A stretch of DNA of 64,000 bases, from contig CALDNA010000023.1 of the NCBI GenBank assembly GCA_937915175.1, forward strand, positions 4,713-68,712. Reading direction: 5' to 3'. Under the pieces are notes generated by a model. The model searched no databases, was not told where the DNA came from, and worked only from the letters and a program-made list of their open reading frames with translations. This stretch comes from an uncultured euryarchaeote (lineage in GTDB: Archaea; Thermoplasmatota; Poseidoniia; Poseidoniales; Poseidoniaceae). Each line of letters starts with the position of its first letter. Within the stretch, counting starts at the first letter, position 1. Below, one piece after another: positions 35,424 to 46,900 of this stretch. The translations under genes were made by a program, and so were the position numbers.

Positions 35424-36986
35424 TCACAATGGAATGTTCCCGTGTTTCTTAGGCGGGCTCCATTCGCGTTTTGAACGCAAAATGTTGAGCGCTCGGCACA
35501 AACGGATCCTGCTTTCTTCGGGTTCGATTACGTCATCGAGCCAACCGTTTCGTGCTGCGACATATGGATCGCCAAATTTGGCCTTGTATTCCGCAACTAA
35601 TTTCTGGCGAACGTTTTCCTTTTCTTCATCAGGTACGGCGTTAATCTCTCTGCGATGAATGATATTCACAGCACCATCAGCGCCCATCACTGCGAGTTCT
35701 GCGGTTGGCCAAGCGACGTTGTAGTCGCTCTGAAGGTGCTTGCAAGACATAGCAAGGTACGCTCCTCCGTAGGCCTTTCTTGTGACCAAGGTGAGTTTAG
35801 GAACCGTTGCCTCGGCGTATGCAAACAGAAGTTTTGCACCGTGGCGAATGATGCCACCCCACTCTTGGACGACACCGGGCAGGAACCCAGGAACGTCTTC
35901 GAAGGTAACAAGAGGAATGTTGAACGCGTCGCACGTTCGAATGAACCGCGCAGCCTTGACCGAGGCGTCGATGTCAAGGCAACCGGCCAAGACCTTCGGT
36001 TGATTGCCGACCACGCCAATGGTCCGCCCTTCAAGCCGGGCAAATCCAATGATAATGTTGTCAGCATAGGCTTCGAAGAGTTCGACAAAAATGCCATCAT
36101 CAACAATCTCTTCCACCACTTTGACCATGTCATAGGGTTTGTTGGGGTTGTCTGGGACAAGGGTTTCCAGAATTGTGTTTTTGCGTTCCTTCGGGTCTGC
36201 AGTTTCCTCGACAGGAGGATCCGCCATGTTGTGGTCTGGGAGGTAGGATAGAATTTCTGCTGCAAGGGTGCATGCGTCTTCTTCATCGGCTGCAATCATG
36301 CAAGCAATGCCCGAGCGTGAGGCGTGCAAGTTTGCACCGCCAAGGCCAGCGGCATCGACTTCGCCGTCCAACACTTCGGGGGTTTCAAGGGGTGAAGAGA
36401 GGAACAATTGCCCGTGTTCTTCGCCAAGGATTGTGAAATCTGCGAGGCTTGCTGCGAGCGCAGATACGCCCACAACCGGGCCAAGAACGAGTGAAATCAT
36501 CGGGACCCTGCCGCTGCATTGTACGATGCGATCCAGCAATTCACCGGTGCCTGCGAGAGCAGCAATACCGTCGTGAGCGCGTTGGCCGCCGCCGTCCCAA
36601 AGACCGATGATCGGCGCTTTGACTCGCTCAGCCATTTCGACCAGTTTGGCGATTTTCTTAGCATGCATTTCGCCCATGCTTCCTCCATGAACGCTGAAGT
36701 CTTGGGCGAAGCAGTAAACCCGTCGGCCGTCGATTGTTCCGTGGCCTGCTACAACACCGTCACCAAGGGTGTGGTGGAGGAACATACCGTTGTCCGTGGT
36801 TCGATGGGTGACAAACGAATCAATTTCGATGAACGAGTCTTCATCGAGAAGCATTCGGACACGGTCCCTTGCTGTGCCTCGTCCGCTTGACCTAATGGCT
36901 TCTTGGCGCTTCAATCCGCCGCCCAAACGAGCCTGCTCACGCTTGAATTGGAGGTCTTCGAGACGTTCGCTCGAGTCCCCTGCCAT
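35424..36986 (-). CDS. Acyl-CoA carboxylase/decarboxylase carboxyltransferase beta subunit (PccB/MmdA-like)
   Basis: TARDRV..LLD, GDGVVAGHG, QDFSVHGGSMG, KAARFIRTCDAFNIP, DVPGFLPG, HGAKLLFAY, RKAYGGAY, KKHGNIPL. Confidence 0.93.
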   Translation of the reverse strand: MAGDSSERLEDLQFKREQARLGGGLKRQEAIRSSGRGTARDRVRMLLDEDSFIEIDSFVTHRTTDNGMFLHHTLGDGVVAGHGTIDGRRVYCFAQDFSVHGGSMGEMHAKKIAKLVEMAERVKAPIIGLWDGGGQRAHDGIAALAGTGELLDRIVQCSGRVPMISLVLGPVVGVSALAASLADFTILGEEHGQLFLSSPLETPEVLDGEVDAAGLGGANLHASRSGIACMIAADEEDACTLAAEILSYLPDHNMADPPVEETADPKERKNTILETLVPDNPNKPYDMVKVVEEIVDDGIFVELFEAYADNIIIGFARLEGRTIGVVGNQPKVLAGCLDIDASVKAARFIRTCDAFNIPLVTFEDVPGFLPGVVQEWGGIIRHGAKLLFAYAEATVPKLTLVTRKAYGGAYLAMSCKHLQSDYNVAWPTAELAVMGADGAVNIIHRREINAVPDEEKENVRQKLVAEYKAKFGDPYVAARNGWLDDVIEPEESRIRLCRALNILRSKREWSPPKKHGNIPL

Positions 36987-37023
36987 ATCCTTTCCACTCC
37001 GTCACGGTTTTTCATTGAAACGC

Positions 37024-38379
37024 TCAGGCCATGAGGTCGTTTCGGCTTTCGCCACACAAATCTTGGCCTATGACTTCAGCCACAGTTTTGGCGTTTGAGA
37101 GTGCCCAATGTACCTTGACAATCACGGTTTCTGGCGCTGCAGCGCTTCCGTGGCCGAGGAGCCCCATCTCGATTTGCTTGCGCCCTTTCGAGTAGACATT
37201 CATATCGACGGGGCCATTGATGCATTGTGAGGTGACAACGATGGGGATTTCACGGTTTACGCACCGGGTGAGTGTTCGCCAGACTTTGGTGTTCTCAGGC
37301 GCGTCCTTTCCTGGATCATCGATGGGCAAATGGCCAAGACCAGTTCCATGAATCACGATGGCCTGAACGCCCGTTTGGACAACCGCCTCAATGTGTTCAG
37401 CATGCAACCATGGGCCTGCGACGAACTGCGCAATTCGAACACCGGTTTCGTATGAATCCGGACGTTGGGTCACAGTTCGGTCATTGTTTGATTGAAGCGC
37501 CTCGCTGTATCGAGGGTTGAGGGTGTGAGAAAGTTCCCCGTTGTCAATATGAACTGCACCCAACTGTTCACAGTTGACGGGTTGAAACGCATCGCGCCTC
37601 GATGAATGCATCTTTCGAGCGCCTGTGCCTGGGAGCACGGCACACATGCCATCGTTGGAACCTGCATGCATGACCACAACGGTGGCATCTCCAACTGCGC
37701 CAGTTGGTTTTGGACCGTTTGCGGCCCAATGAACGGCGCAGAGAAGGTTCTCTGCCGCATCAGATGAGCCCCTATCTGAAGAGCGCTGTGATCCGACAAA
37801 AGCGATTGGGCCGGGAGGTGTACCACCGCGGCCAGCCCAGGACATACCAACTGCTGCAGAAGAAACATGCAGCGTGTCGGTGCCGTGCGTTACAACAACG
37901 CCCACGCATCCATCATCGAAAGCTTTCTTCGAGGCTTGAACAATGGCGTTCCAGTGCTGAGGGCGGATGTCGTCGCTGAACATGTTTCCAAGTTTGACCG
38001 CCTCGATGTTTGCAATTTCTCGAAGTTCGGGGAGACTCGCCACCAATTCTTCGGGTTCAAATCTGGCAACAACGGCTCCAGTGGCGTAATCAACCTTTGA
38101 AGCGATGGTGCCGCCTGTGTGTAGTATTCGGACTTTAGGAAGGTCGCTTGATGCCTCAGCGGGTTCGGAGTGGACGGGCTGCACCGCTTGGTGTTGGCCT
38201 GTGACTTCAATCGATTGAACAGCCTCAAGTGGATAACTCGCATTGTAGCCATTCACCAGCTTCAGGGTGATGTGGTGGCGCGCAGCAGGATGGAGGACGA
38301 TGCCTTCAACCGTGGTCATTCCGTTGTGGCTTGCAACTTCGATTTTTACCCGTTCACCGGGCAGTGGTGCATCAACCAT
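37024..38379 (-). CDS. gatD: Glutamyl-tRNA(Gln) amidotransferase subunit D, ~451 aa
   Basis: LKLVNGYN N-domain, HTGGTIASKVDYATGAV, HGTDT, GSQRSSDRGSSD, RKMHSSRRDAF, GTGLGH, VYSKGR. Start moved to ATG 38379 (GGGAG upstream). Confidence 0.96.
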   Translation of the reverse strand: MVDAPLPGERVKIEVASHNGMTTVEGIVLHPAARHHITLKLVNGYNASYPLEAVQSIEVTGQHQAVQPVHSEPAEASSDLPKVRILHTGGTIASKVDYATGAVVARFEPEELVASLPELREIANIEAVKLGNMFSDDIRPQHWNAIVQASKKAFDDGCVGVVVTHGTDTLHVSSAAVGMSWAGRGGTPPGPIAFVGSQRSSDRGSSDAAENLLCAVHWAANGPKPTGAVGDATVVVMHAGSNDGMCAVLPGTGARKMHSSRRDAFQPVNCEQLGAVHIDNGELSHTLNPRYSEALQSNNDRTVTQRPDSYETGVRIAQFVAGPWLHAEHIEAVVQTGVQAIVIHGTGLGHLPIDDPGKDAPENTKVWRTLTRCVNREIPIVVTSQCINGPVDMNVYSKGRKQIEMGLLGHGSAAAPETVIVKVHWALSNAKTVAEVIGQDLCGESRNDLMA

Positions 38380-38471
38380 GAATCTCCCACCGGCCGAGGG
38401 CACATCAAGGGTTCGCCACTGCATGGCTCATCCGGGCCATTGAAGACGCTGAACGCTGATTGTAGATTGAA

Positions 38472-38601
38472 TGGTGCCGGGAGCGGGGCTCGAACCCGCG
38501 ACCTTCGGATGTCTCAGACACCGCAAGGGGTTTGCACGTCATACGATTGCCGTTAAGGCTGCCCTATGAGTCCGACGCGCTACCAACTACGCCACCCCGG
38601 C
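38472..38601 (-). tRNA. tRNA-Met (CAT), elongator type, with a 54-nt intron (38511-38564) at position 37/38
   Basis: Minus strand reads GCCGGGGTGGCGTAGTTGGTAGCGCGTCGGACTCATA-[intron GGGCAG...CTGAGAC]-ATCCGAAGGTCGCGGGTTCGAGCCCCGCTCCCGGCACCA. CTCA/TGAG forms the bulge-helix-bulge. G1-C72; CCA encoded. Confidence 0.95.
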
Positions 38602-38700
38602 TTGAATCCTCCGTGCCGCCTTCCCCCTTTGAAGCATACGGCCAATTCAGGATGGTGATTCAACCGTAGCCTTCATTCGCTTCATGCCATAGGAGGGAGC

Positions 38701-39624
38701 ATGGTGGACCTCAATACGGCAATGGCCGCTGCTTCGGCAGAACAGAAGCGAAGGTCAACCGATGGCAGTCAAGATCGTAAAAAGCGACGTACAGGCAAAG
38801 ACATGGGCCTCGAAGCGTTTGATCCTGTCGTTTATGTCGCAAAAGAAAAGGCCGATACGGCCTCGATGTGGCTTGTCCTTTCGTTCTCGATCGCAGTGTC
38901 GTTGCTGATGCGCTATGTCTTGATGCCAAACACCGACCAAGCGAAATCGGATATCCTTTACCTGCTACCAATTGCTATGATTGTGCTCATCCCACAGGTT
39001 CACCGGATGATTTTACCAGAGCGTTTCATGGAACATTACACCAAAGGAACTTGGTTCAAATCAGGATTCCTCCACCTGTTCACGTTCCTAGCGCTTTCTT
39101 TCATGCTTGTCAACCCTCCTTTGGGCGATATTGTTGCCCCTCAATTAGCCAACACATGGGCCATTGCGGCCGATGACGGAACCGATTTGGTGTTCTCGAA
39201 TGACAACGGCAAAGACGGCGAGATCATATGGACTGTTCAACAAGGTGAGTCGTTAACCGGTGAGATTTGGCTGTTGTTTGGTCTTGCCGACAACGTCAAT
39301 TCTGACGGGGCAGTGGTCACAGTTGGTCTCGAAAACAACCAAGTCAGCACCACTGATCTTCCTGCCAATGGCACCTACTGGGCCGAGCATGAAGAGCAAA
39401 TCAAATTCGGGCGAACCCTCGACAACCGCTCGGCTCCCGAATTGTTGCCGCATGGTGCAAGTGACCAACCCTTTGCGATCCTGCTTTCAGCGGATGGCCT
39501 TGGCGTAGGCTCCCACAAGATATCTGTGCTCATCACCGAACAAGGCGATCCTTGGGAAAACACCCGCAGTTACAATTGGACGCTTGAAGTGGTCGAAGAA
39601 CTCCCAGATGCTGACGCTTCATGA
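38701..39624 (+). CDS. Hypothetical membrane protein: three TMs plus an extracellular beta domain, 307 aa
   Basis: SD AGGAGG; three hydrophobic segments ending FLALSFMLVNPPLGD, followed by a soluble Ig-like tail. Confidence 0.75.
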   Translation: MVDLNTAMAAASAEQKRRSTDGSQDRKKRRTGKDMGLEAFDPVVYVAKEKADTASMWLVLSFSIAVSLLMRYVLMPNTDQAKSDILYLLPIAMIVLIPQVHRMILPERFMEHYTKGTWFKSGFLHLFTFLALSFMLVNPPLGDIVAPQLANTWAIAADDGTDLVFSNDNGKDGEIIWTVQQGESLTGEIWLLFGLADNVNSDGAVVTVGLENNQVSTTDLPANGTYWAEHEEQIKFGRTLDNRSAPELLPHGASDQPFAILLSADGLGVGSHKISVLITEQGDPWENTRSYNWTLEVVEELPDADAS

Positions 39625-39861
39625 GAGCATGTCGCCATGAGCGAGCATGATCGTGTTGAGAAGTTTAGAAATTCTATGCACATCGCTGCGCTCTCGAGTT
39701 TGGGACTGTATTTTGCGCCGCCTTGCTGCACCAATGAGTGGTGCGATCGGGGTCCAGCAAAGTGCGTCCATCAGGTGCGAAACAAGGGCGGTCATGCTCG
39801 ATGGTAGGACAGGCCGACCCTGTTGTTTTCATTCACCCTTCGACTGAAAGTGAAAGTGAAA

Positions 39862-40815
39862 TCAGCGAAGGTGAGTGACCAGCCTTGCGGTAAGTGCGTC
39901 CAACTGGATTTGTTCGCCGCCGCCTTCCACAAGGCGGTATTCCACTTCTGCCATCCATTCGGTTATGTCTAACTTGGCGTCTTCGTTGAGGAAGTCAGCG
40001 GTGTACAATTCTCTATGCAACTGATTGACGAAATCAGTCCCTGCGAGGCCGTAGCGATCAAGCAATTCTCGCAAGCGGCGCCGTGCAGCGTGGAATCCAT
40101 CGTCCCTGCACGCCATCAGGTATTGATGAAGGGCTTCGGGTGGAGCGGTTGCCGAAGTTTCGTAGATGAGGTCGCGGGTGATATGCATGTTGATTGCAGA
40201 TGCAACTTGCAGCGCTGTGATGGCTTTTCGCAGGTCGCCCTGGGAAATCCTCGTGAGAGCGTCACCTGCATCTTCTTCGAGGGTCACACCTTCATGTTCG
40301 GCCACGTGGTGAACTTGAGCGTTCACATCGGCATCAGAAAGCGGGCGGAACCGGAAGACAGCGCACCTTGATTGAATGGGTTCAATGATTTTAGAAGAAT
40401 AATTGCATGAAAGGATGAATCGGCACGTTTCCGCATATTGCTCCATGATGCGCCTTAGAGCTCCTTGTGCATCGTTGGTGAGCGCATCGGCTTCATCGAG
40501 GAAGATGATCTTGAACTGGGCGCCACCGTAGGGTGCCGTTCGAGCAAATTGCTTTACTTTGGTTCGAATGCTTTCGAGTTTCCGCTCATCAGATGCATTC
40601 ATCTCCAAGAGATTCCTCCGGTATTCCTCGCCAAATACATCCTTTGTCAACGCCATTGCAGCCGTTGTTTTTCCAGTTCCGGGCGGGCCTGCGAAAAGCA
40701 GGTGTGGAAATTCCTTCTTTGCTGAATAAACCGTTAGCCGTTGAACAATCGCGTGTTGGCCGCGAATCTCGCTCACGGCTTGTGGGCGATGGCGTTCAAC
40801 CCAAAGTTCGCTCAT
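39862..40815 (-). CDS. rfcS: Replication factor C small subunit, ~317 aa, no intein
   Basis: WVERHRP, GPPGTGKT, EMNASDER, LDEAD, ALRRIME, SRC, GDLRKAI. Start moved to ATG 40815. Confidence 0.97.
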   Translation of the reverse strand: MSELWVERHRPQAVSEIRGQHAIVQRLTVYSAKKEFPHLLFAGPPGTGKTTAAMALTKDVFGEEYRRNLLEMNASDERKLESIRTKVKQFARTAPYGGAQFKIIFLDEADALTNDAQGALRRIMEQYAETCRFILSCNYSSKIIEPIQSRCAVFRFRPLSDADVNAQVHHVAEHEGVTLEEDAGDALTRISQGDLRKAITALQVASAINMHITRDLIYETSATAPPEALHQYLMACRDDGFHAARRRLRELLDRYGLAGTDFVNQLHRELYTADFLNEDAKLDITEWMAEVEYRLVEGGGEQIQLDALTARLVTHLR

Positions 40816-40955
40816 GGTTCGTCCTTGACGGCGAGCGCCCTTCAACATTCGCCTGAATTATGACGGGATTTTAGAGCGGTCGGATAGGAATTAATCGCCT
40901 CTCGTGAGGCATTGAGGATGGGGTTGAAGCGAAAAGACAGTATATGTAGGAGGTC

Positions 40956-43900
40956 GTGAGTGGAATGAGTCCCATGCCGTCCGCGACCGAAACCCGTCGA
41001 ACTCCTACGGTCATCCTCCTTGTGATGATGTTCCTTCTCGCTGATTTACTTGTCCCACAAGCCGTGCCAGAATGGCAGCAACTTGAAGACCAGTCCGTCG
41101 TTTTCAGCGTAACAACAACCGACACCGCTACCTACGACACCGTCATTTCCGACACCACTCCCAACGACGTAGGCAACCAGACTGAATCTGGAAGCTTTGG
41201 ACTTTCGGAATTTGGGCAAGAAAGCCGACTCCTCTTCTCCTTCCCGATGAACATCACCTCGGCATCCTCCATCCAGTCAGCAACATTGACTCTTGAATGC
41301 GGTACGGACTCGATCTCGGCGACTCAAATCAACGCCTACACCGCTTCAGTCATCGCTTGGAATGATTCCGAAGCAACATGGATGCAAAGCGATGCCAACA
41401 CGCCCTGGGACGAACAGGGCGCTGACGGAAACAGCGACCGAGGTGCTTGGGAGCCACCCTTCCGCGCCTCCGCTAACGGGACGTTCAACCTGAATGTCAC
41501 CGCTCACGCCCAACAGGCTGCGCTCAACAACGAAAGCGAACTGAACCTCCTTGTTGCTGGAAACGGGGCGCTCTACACCTGTGAAATGTCCGAAAGCCAA
41601 GCGCTCAATGACAGGCCCGAATTAACCATGGTTTCCTCAACCACGCCTGCGGGCAACGGCGGTTCGATGGCCTCCACCTTTGCGGAACATGGTGAGCCTC
41701 TGATGACGGGCGACTTCCTTCTCACAGCCGACCGCGCTCCCCTGATCACCTATGATTCCCTGGCAGGGCAAGCGGTTGAATACCAATTCTCCACCGAAGC
41801 GAATTTTAAATCCGCACTCGATCTTGAATGGCATTACTCTTCCCTTTGGAACACCTTCACCACGACTGCAACCTCCGGATCTTATCAAATGCCATCAGGT
41901 GAGCAGTTCGACAACGGCTCAGAGGTTCACTACCGCTACCGTTCGATGGACGCTTCGGGAACCCTTGGCGCCTGGACCAGCGAAACCTTCCTCCTCCCCG
42001 CTCACGATGTCGTCGACAATGGCGACAACACGGCAACCATCACCTTGGATGTCGATTCCCTCGGCCTTCCTTACGACTTCATCGAAGACACCTACGTCAA
42101 CCAGCTGAGTCGAAACACGAAGTACGGCACCACCGCCAGTATGGCAGCAATCCTGACCTCGAACAAAGAATCAATGATTCACTTCCGAATGGACTTGGGC
42201 TTAGTGGGCATGCACGACAACGTCACCATCACGGAGGCAGATGTTGTCCTTCATCGGAGCGCCTCCAGCGGATCCACCATGCTTTCCATGCACGGCATGG
42301 ACTCCAACGTTTGGGTCGAAAACCAAGCGACATGGAACCGCGGATCGGACGGCAACAACTGGGACGATGGCGGCCGGTCGTACAGTTCTACGGCGACAGC
42401 GACTGGAATCTACGGTGATCAAACCGCTTCTCGCTTCCAATTTGGTTTCACGAACAGCCTTCAATCCTGGTTGCAATCGCCAACCAACGATGCGGCAGAT
42501 TACATCATTCTTGCCAGAGGCGAGTACGGACCTTATTCCACCGCCGGGACGATTTCCACAACCTTCCACACCTCGGAAGCATCAACAGAAACACTCCAAC
42601 CCTCTGTTGAGATTACCTACGCTTGGGGAACCGGAGCGACCCTACCTGCCATGACACAAACAGCACCAACTCAAGGCGAAGCTGTTTGGAATCAAACAGG
42701 TCACAATTTCACTGCCAACACCACGCCGTCCCTCGGATGGGATGGAAGCGTTGCTTCATCCTACGACATCGCCTTCCAAATGGCAACAGATGAGCAATTC
42801 CGAGACCGTGTTTGGGACCTCGACAACATGGAAGCAACGACCACAGTGGCCGCTTCTGCGGGTCAGTTCAACATGACCGGGACCGATGCACTTGATGCTG
42901 GGAACATGTACTTCTGGCGCATGGCCTTTGTCGACTCCGACGGCAGGCTTGGTGATTGGGCAACATCCAATTTCCTCGTCAGTTCGACAGAGTCCACTTG
43001 GCTGGGCGGCGATCGATATGAGTTCCGTATGAGCCACGGGAACGGCACGGACGATGGATTGTATCCTGCATGCATGGACACCTTCATCGACAGCGGAACA
43101 CCAACCCAAAATTACGACGATGAATCCAAGTTGCTTGTTTCATACAACCCTTACCCGAGCGAAGCGATGGCTCTGATGAGTTGCGATCTCAAGTCTAACC
43201 TCTTGCCAGCAGGTTATGCGGTGGAATCCGCTAACCTCGAATTTACCCTCGGAAGCAGCCCATACAATGCACCAACCGTTGCGGTCTGGGAAAACACCCA
43301 GGACAACTGGTCTGCGGAAGGTGCAACTTGGTCCACCTATGACGGCACCAACAACTGGGGCATGGCCGGAGCAAAAGGCAGCGAACGTGGTTCACTCCTC
43401 GATTCAGTCGCTCTCACCACGAATTACGCATCTGGAGACAGCGTTGAATGGAACGTGACATTGGGCGTGCAAAACGCCATGCGAGAAAACCGAAGCGTGA
43501 ATTTCTTCGTCGGTGTGCTTGGCGTAGGAACAGGTCAATCCCGTGAAGTGCAACTCTTCCCTGGCAGTGGCGCAGTCACAACGCGCCCTGAACTTACCTT
43601 TGTTTATGTTCCTGGCTCCAATGCCGTTCCAAGCAACCCCTCGCCAACGAGCCCGCTCAATGGCTCATGGGCCATCGGGACAGGCGTTGATTTGACGCCA
43701 CTCGATCAGCCAACCTTGGCATGGAACTTCAACAGCAACCTCAGCGTAGGTGGATGGGCCGTTCAGCTCGACACCACATCCACTTTTGATTCCTCAAACC
43801 TCCAAGTTTCTACCTCGTGGAACGATGATGGGTTCGATTTTACCAACAACACCTACACGCCAGAGACAGCCCTTGACAAAGGGGTCACATGGCACTGGCG

Positions 43901-46900
43901 AGTTCGAGCGATCTCCGCCACAAACCAAATCGGAAACTGGTCGAACAGCTATCACTTCTTGTTGCCCGATCTCACCACATGGCAAACTTGTGCTGACGGT
44001 TCTTGCGCTGCTGTTGAACTCCATCACCGAGAAGCCATGCCTTTGCTCAACCTACCGAACTTCGAAGACACCTATGTCTATGAAGCCGGTTCAGGTTCCA
44101 CGGATGCTCACGATGACGACACGGAAATGAAGGTTGGAGCCATCGGTTACAACCGCCAAGCGGTGTCCCTCATTCGAATCCCACTCAACGCCGTGCCGCA
44201 GCCAGCAAACGCTCGCGTCACTGATGCTGCACTGAACCTCTATTCTGAATTCGGTTCATCCACTGGAGAACCATTGGCCATACGCCCCGTGCTTCAAAGT
44301 TGGTCTGGCGATGCAAACGATACCACCTACGACGGTGTCAACAACTGGTCCGCTGTCGGCGGGCGCGACATTGGTGTCGACGCTGGCGAATACGTCGATC
44401 TTCAAACTTCAGTCAGCGCTGACTGGATGACATGGGATGTAACCGAAGCAGCACAGGCAGCGCTGGACGCTGGGGCATCTTCGCTCTCACTGATGGTTTA
44501 CGCTTCCAATGACATTACGGCTTGGTCCGGCGGTGCAAACGTCATCACCTTCACGACTTCGGAAGGGACTTCCTCGAACCGACCATGGCTCAACTTGACA
44601 TGGACAAACGGAACCGTAGCGGTCCCCAGCACTGCAGGAACGAACGTTGGTCCAGTGAACGCGTCCATCCAATGGAACGCCACCTCCCACGCAGTTTTGC
44701 CAAATTACGCACCTGTGCTTTCATGGAGCCTTCCAACTTCAACCACCGCTCCAGCAGCATGGCGAGTCATCATCTTCGAAGATGCCGACGACGACATGGC
44801 GGGCCGAACCGTGTACGATTCACGCAACACCCCATCCGCATTTGACTTGACAAACTTGACATTCACTCCACCAACCGACATTGAGGACATTCAAACCGTA
44901 CGATGGACCGTCCAGCCGATTGATTCAGGCATGATTGGGCCGCAGAGTTCCTCGACTTTGTTTTACATCCCGAGCGTTGTCTCTGGAGAAGTAGATTCGA
45001 CGCACGCATGGATTGATCTCCAAGACGGCAGCATCATTGAATCGTTGAATTATCCTTCATTGATGGCCGATACGGCAATCGATGGCGGGAACACACAATC
45101 AAACAACGGTGCAGGTGGTTACCTTTACGTCGGTCAAAGCCCGTCGAGCAGCACGTTGCGATCATCCACTCTCATCTCGGTTGACTTCAGCACCCTACCA
45201 CTGCCAGCGACTTTTGAAATCCACAACGCGACCCTCGACTTGTCAGCGGTTTCTGGAAACGGCGAAGTGTATGTAACCGTCTCGCAAATGATTACTTCGT
45301 GGGATGAGTCTTCGACTTGGGCCCATCCTGGAAACAACAACACCTCATGGGTCGGTGTTGGGGCTTACCACTCCGCAGATTCTCAAGTTCCTGAAACTGA
45401 TGGCTTCTGGATGAACGCTTCAAGTGAATATACACTTAACGTCACTTCCCTCCTCCAACACGCTATTTTGCGCGGTGCATCGAGCCTGGATATCATTCTC
45501 CAAGCTGAAGAAGTCGATGGCACCGTTGACGGTGTCTACTACATCGCAAGCAGCGAGAACTCAGTCCAAGATGATCGACCAACACTTTCGTTCACCTATG
45601 AAACAACCAACCCGTGGAGTCCAAGCACGCCAACAGGCCTCGTGCCTGCTGATGGCGCCACATTGTGGAACATGTCAGCAACGCGTCCAAGCGGTGCTGA
45701 TGAAGTGAACGTGAACTGGTCTTCCCTCGACGCGAACCACACGCAATGGGTGATGTGCGGTTCACTGGGCGCAAGAATGATCGAAGCTACTTGCTTTGAT
45801 TCAACCACCGTTACCACTTCCGATGAGTTCAACTTGACTTGGGACGCACAGAACCTCTCACTGATGGGAACTGACGTGGAGAAGGGCGATGAATGGCACT
45901 TCTGGAGAATCCGTGGCGATCAAGACCACCGAATCGGTTCATGGTCTTCAATCAACAAATTCCGGATCCCTGAAAACCAAGGGTACGATGATGGCGATGG
46001 AAATCAATCCTTGGCGCTTTATCGTGGTTCGATCTTTACCGACACTGGCCTCCTGCCAAGCGTACCAGATGCAGAGATATCCTCGACTGTTTCCTCCAAC
46101 ATGGGCTCATCGCAAACCCTCAATCTTGGAACTTCCGGGTCAGGTTCTGGTCAAAGCAGCATTCTAATGGAATTCGATTTGAGCAGCATGCCATGGCCAA
46201 CCGCCATGACACCCACATCGATGTTGTTGAGTATGTACCGATACAACGTAGTGGGTACTTCTGCAACAACCATTTCAGCCCATGCTTGCTCTTCCTTTGT
46301 GGAAACAAGCGTCACTTGGAACAACACAGCGACATGCTCGACAAGCGAGATCACTCGCTCTACGCTCACGCTCAATCCTTCGTCTGGATGGATTGAATGG
46401 GATCTGACGAGTTTGGCTCAATCCAACGTGGTGAACGGCAACATGACCATGACTGTGATGCTCGAAGTGGTTGGAACACCTTACACGAACCATCAATTCT
46501 ACTCCTCGGATTACATCAACGAAAGCTTGCGCCCTCGAATTGTCCTTGAGTACATCGATAACGTGGATGGAATTCAACCGCCAACTCAGCCTTCCCTCAC
46601 TTACCCAACGGATGGAAAGGTCCTGTACAACACCAGTGGGCCGCTGCTTACACCAGATGCTTCACCAATCCTGTCTTGGGCCCCATCAATCGGTGCTACA
46701 GGGTACATTGTGACCATCGCCAACCAATCTGGCGTGTACAAGTTCCGTTCATGGGAAGGCACAAGCATCACGAACAGCACCTTCCGCTTCCCGACCAGTC
46801 TTGATACTGGAGAAGTGTTCCAATGGTGGGTTCAAGGTGTCAATCAATCGATCCCTGGACCATCTTCGTCTCGCTGGTCCTTTGCCATCGGTGATCCAAC

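Noticed and set aside
25460-38601. tRNA genes as integration sites of an island or provirus
   Set aside because: No integrase and no duplicated tRNA 3' end seen; the flanking genes are housekeeping.
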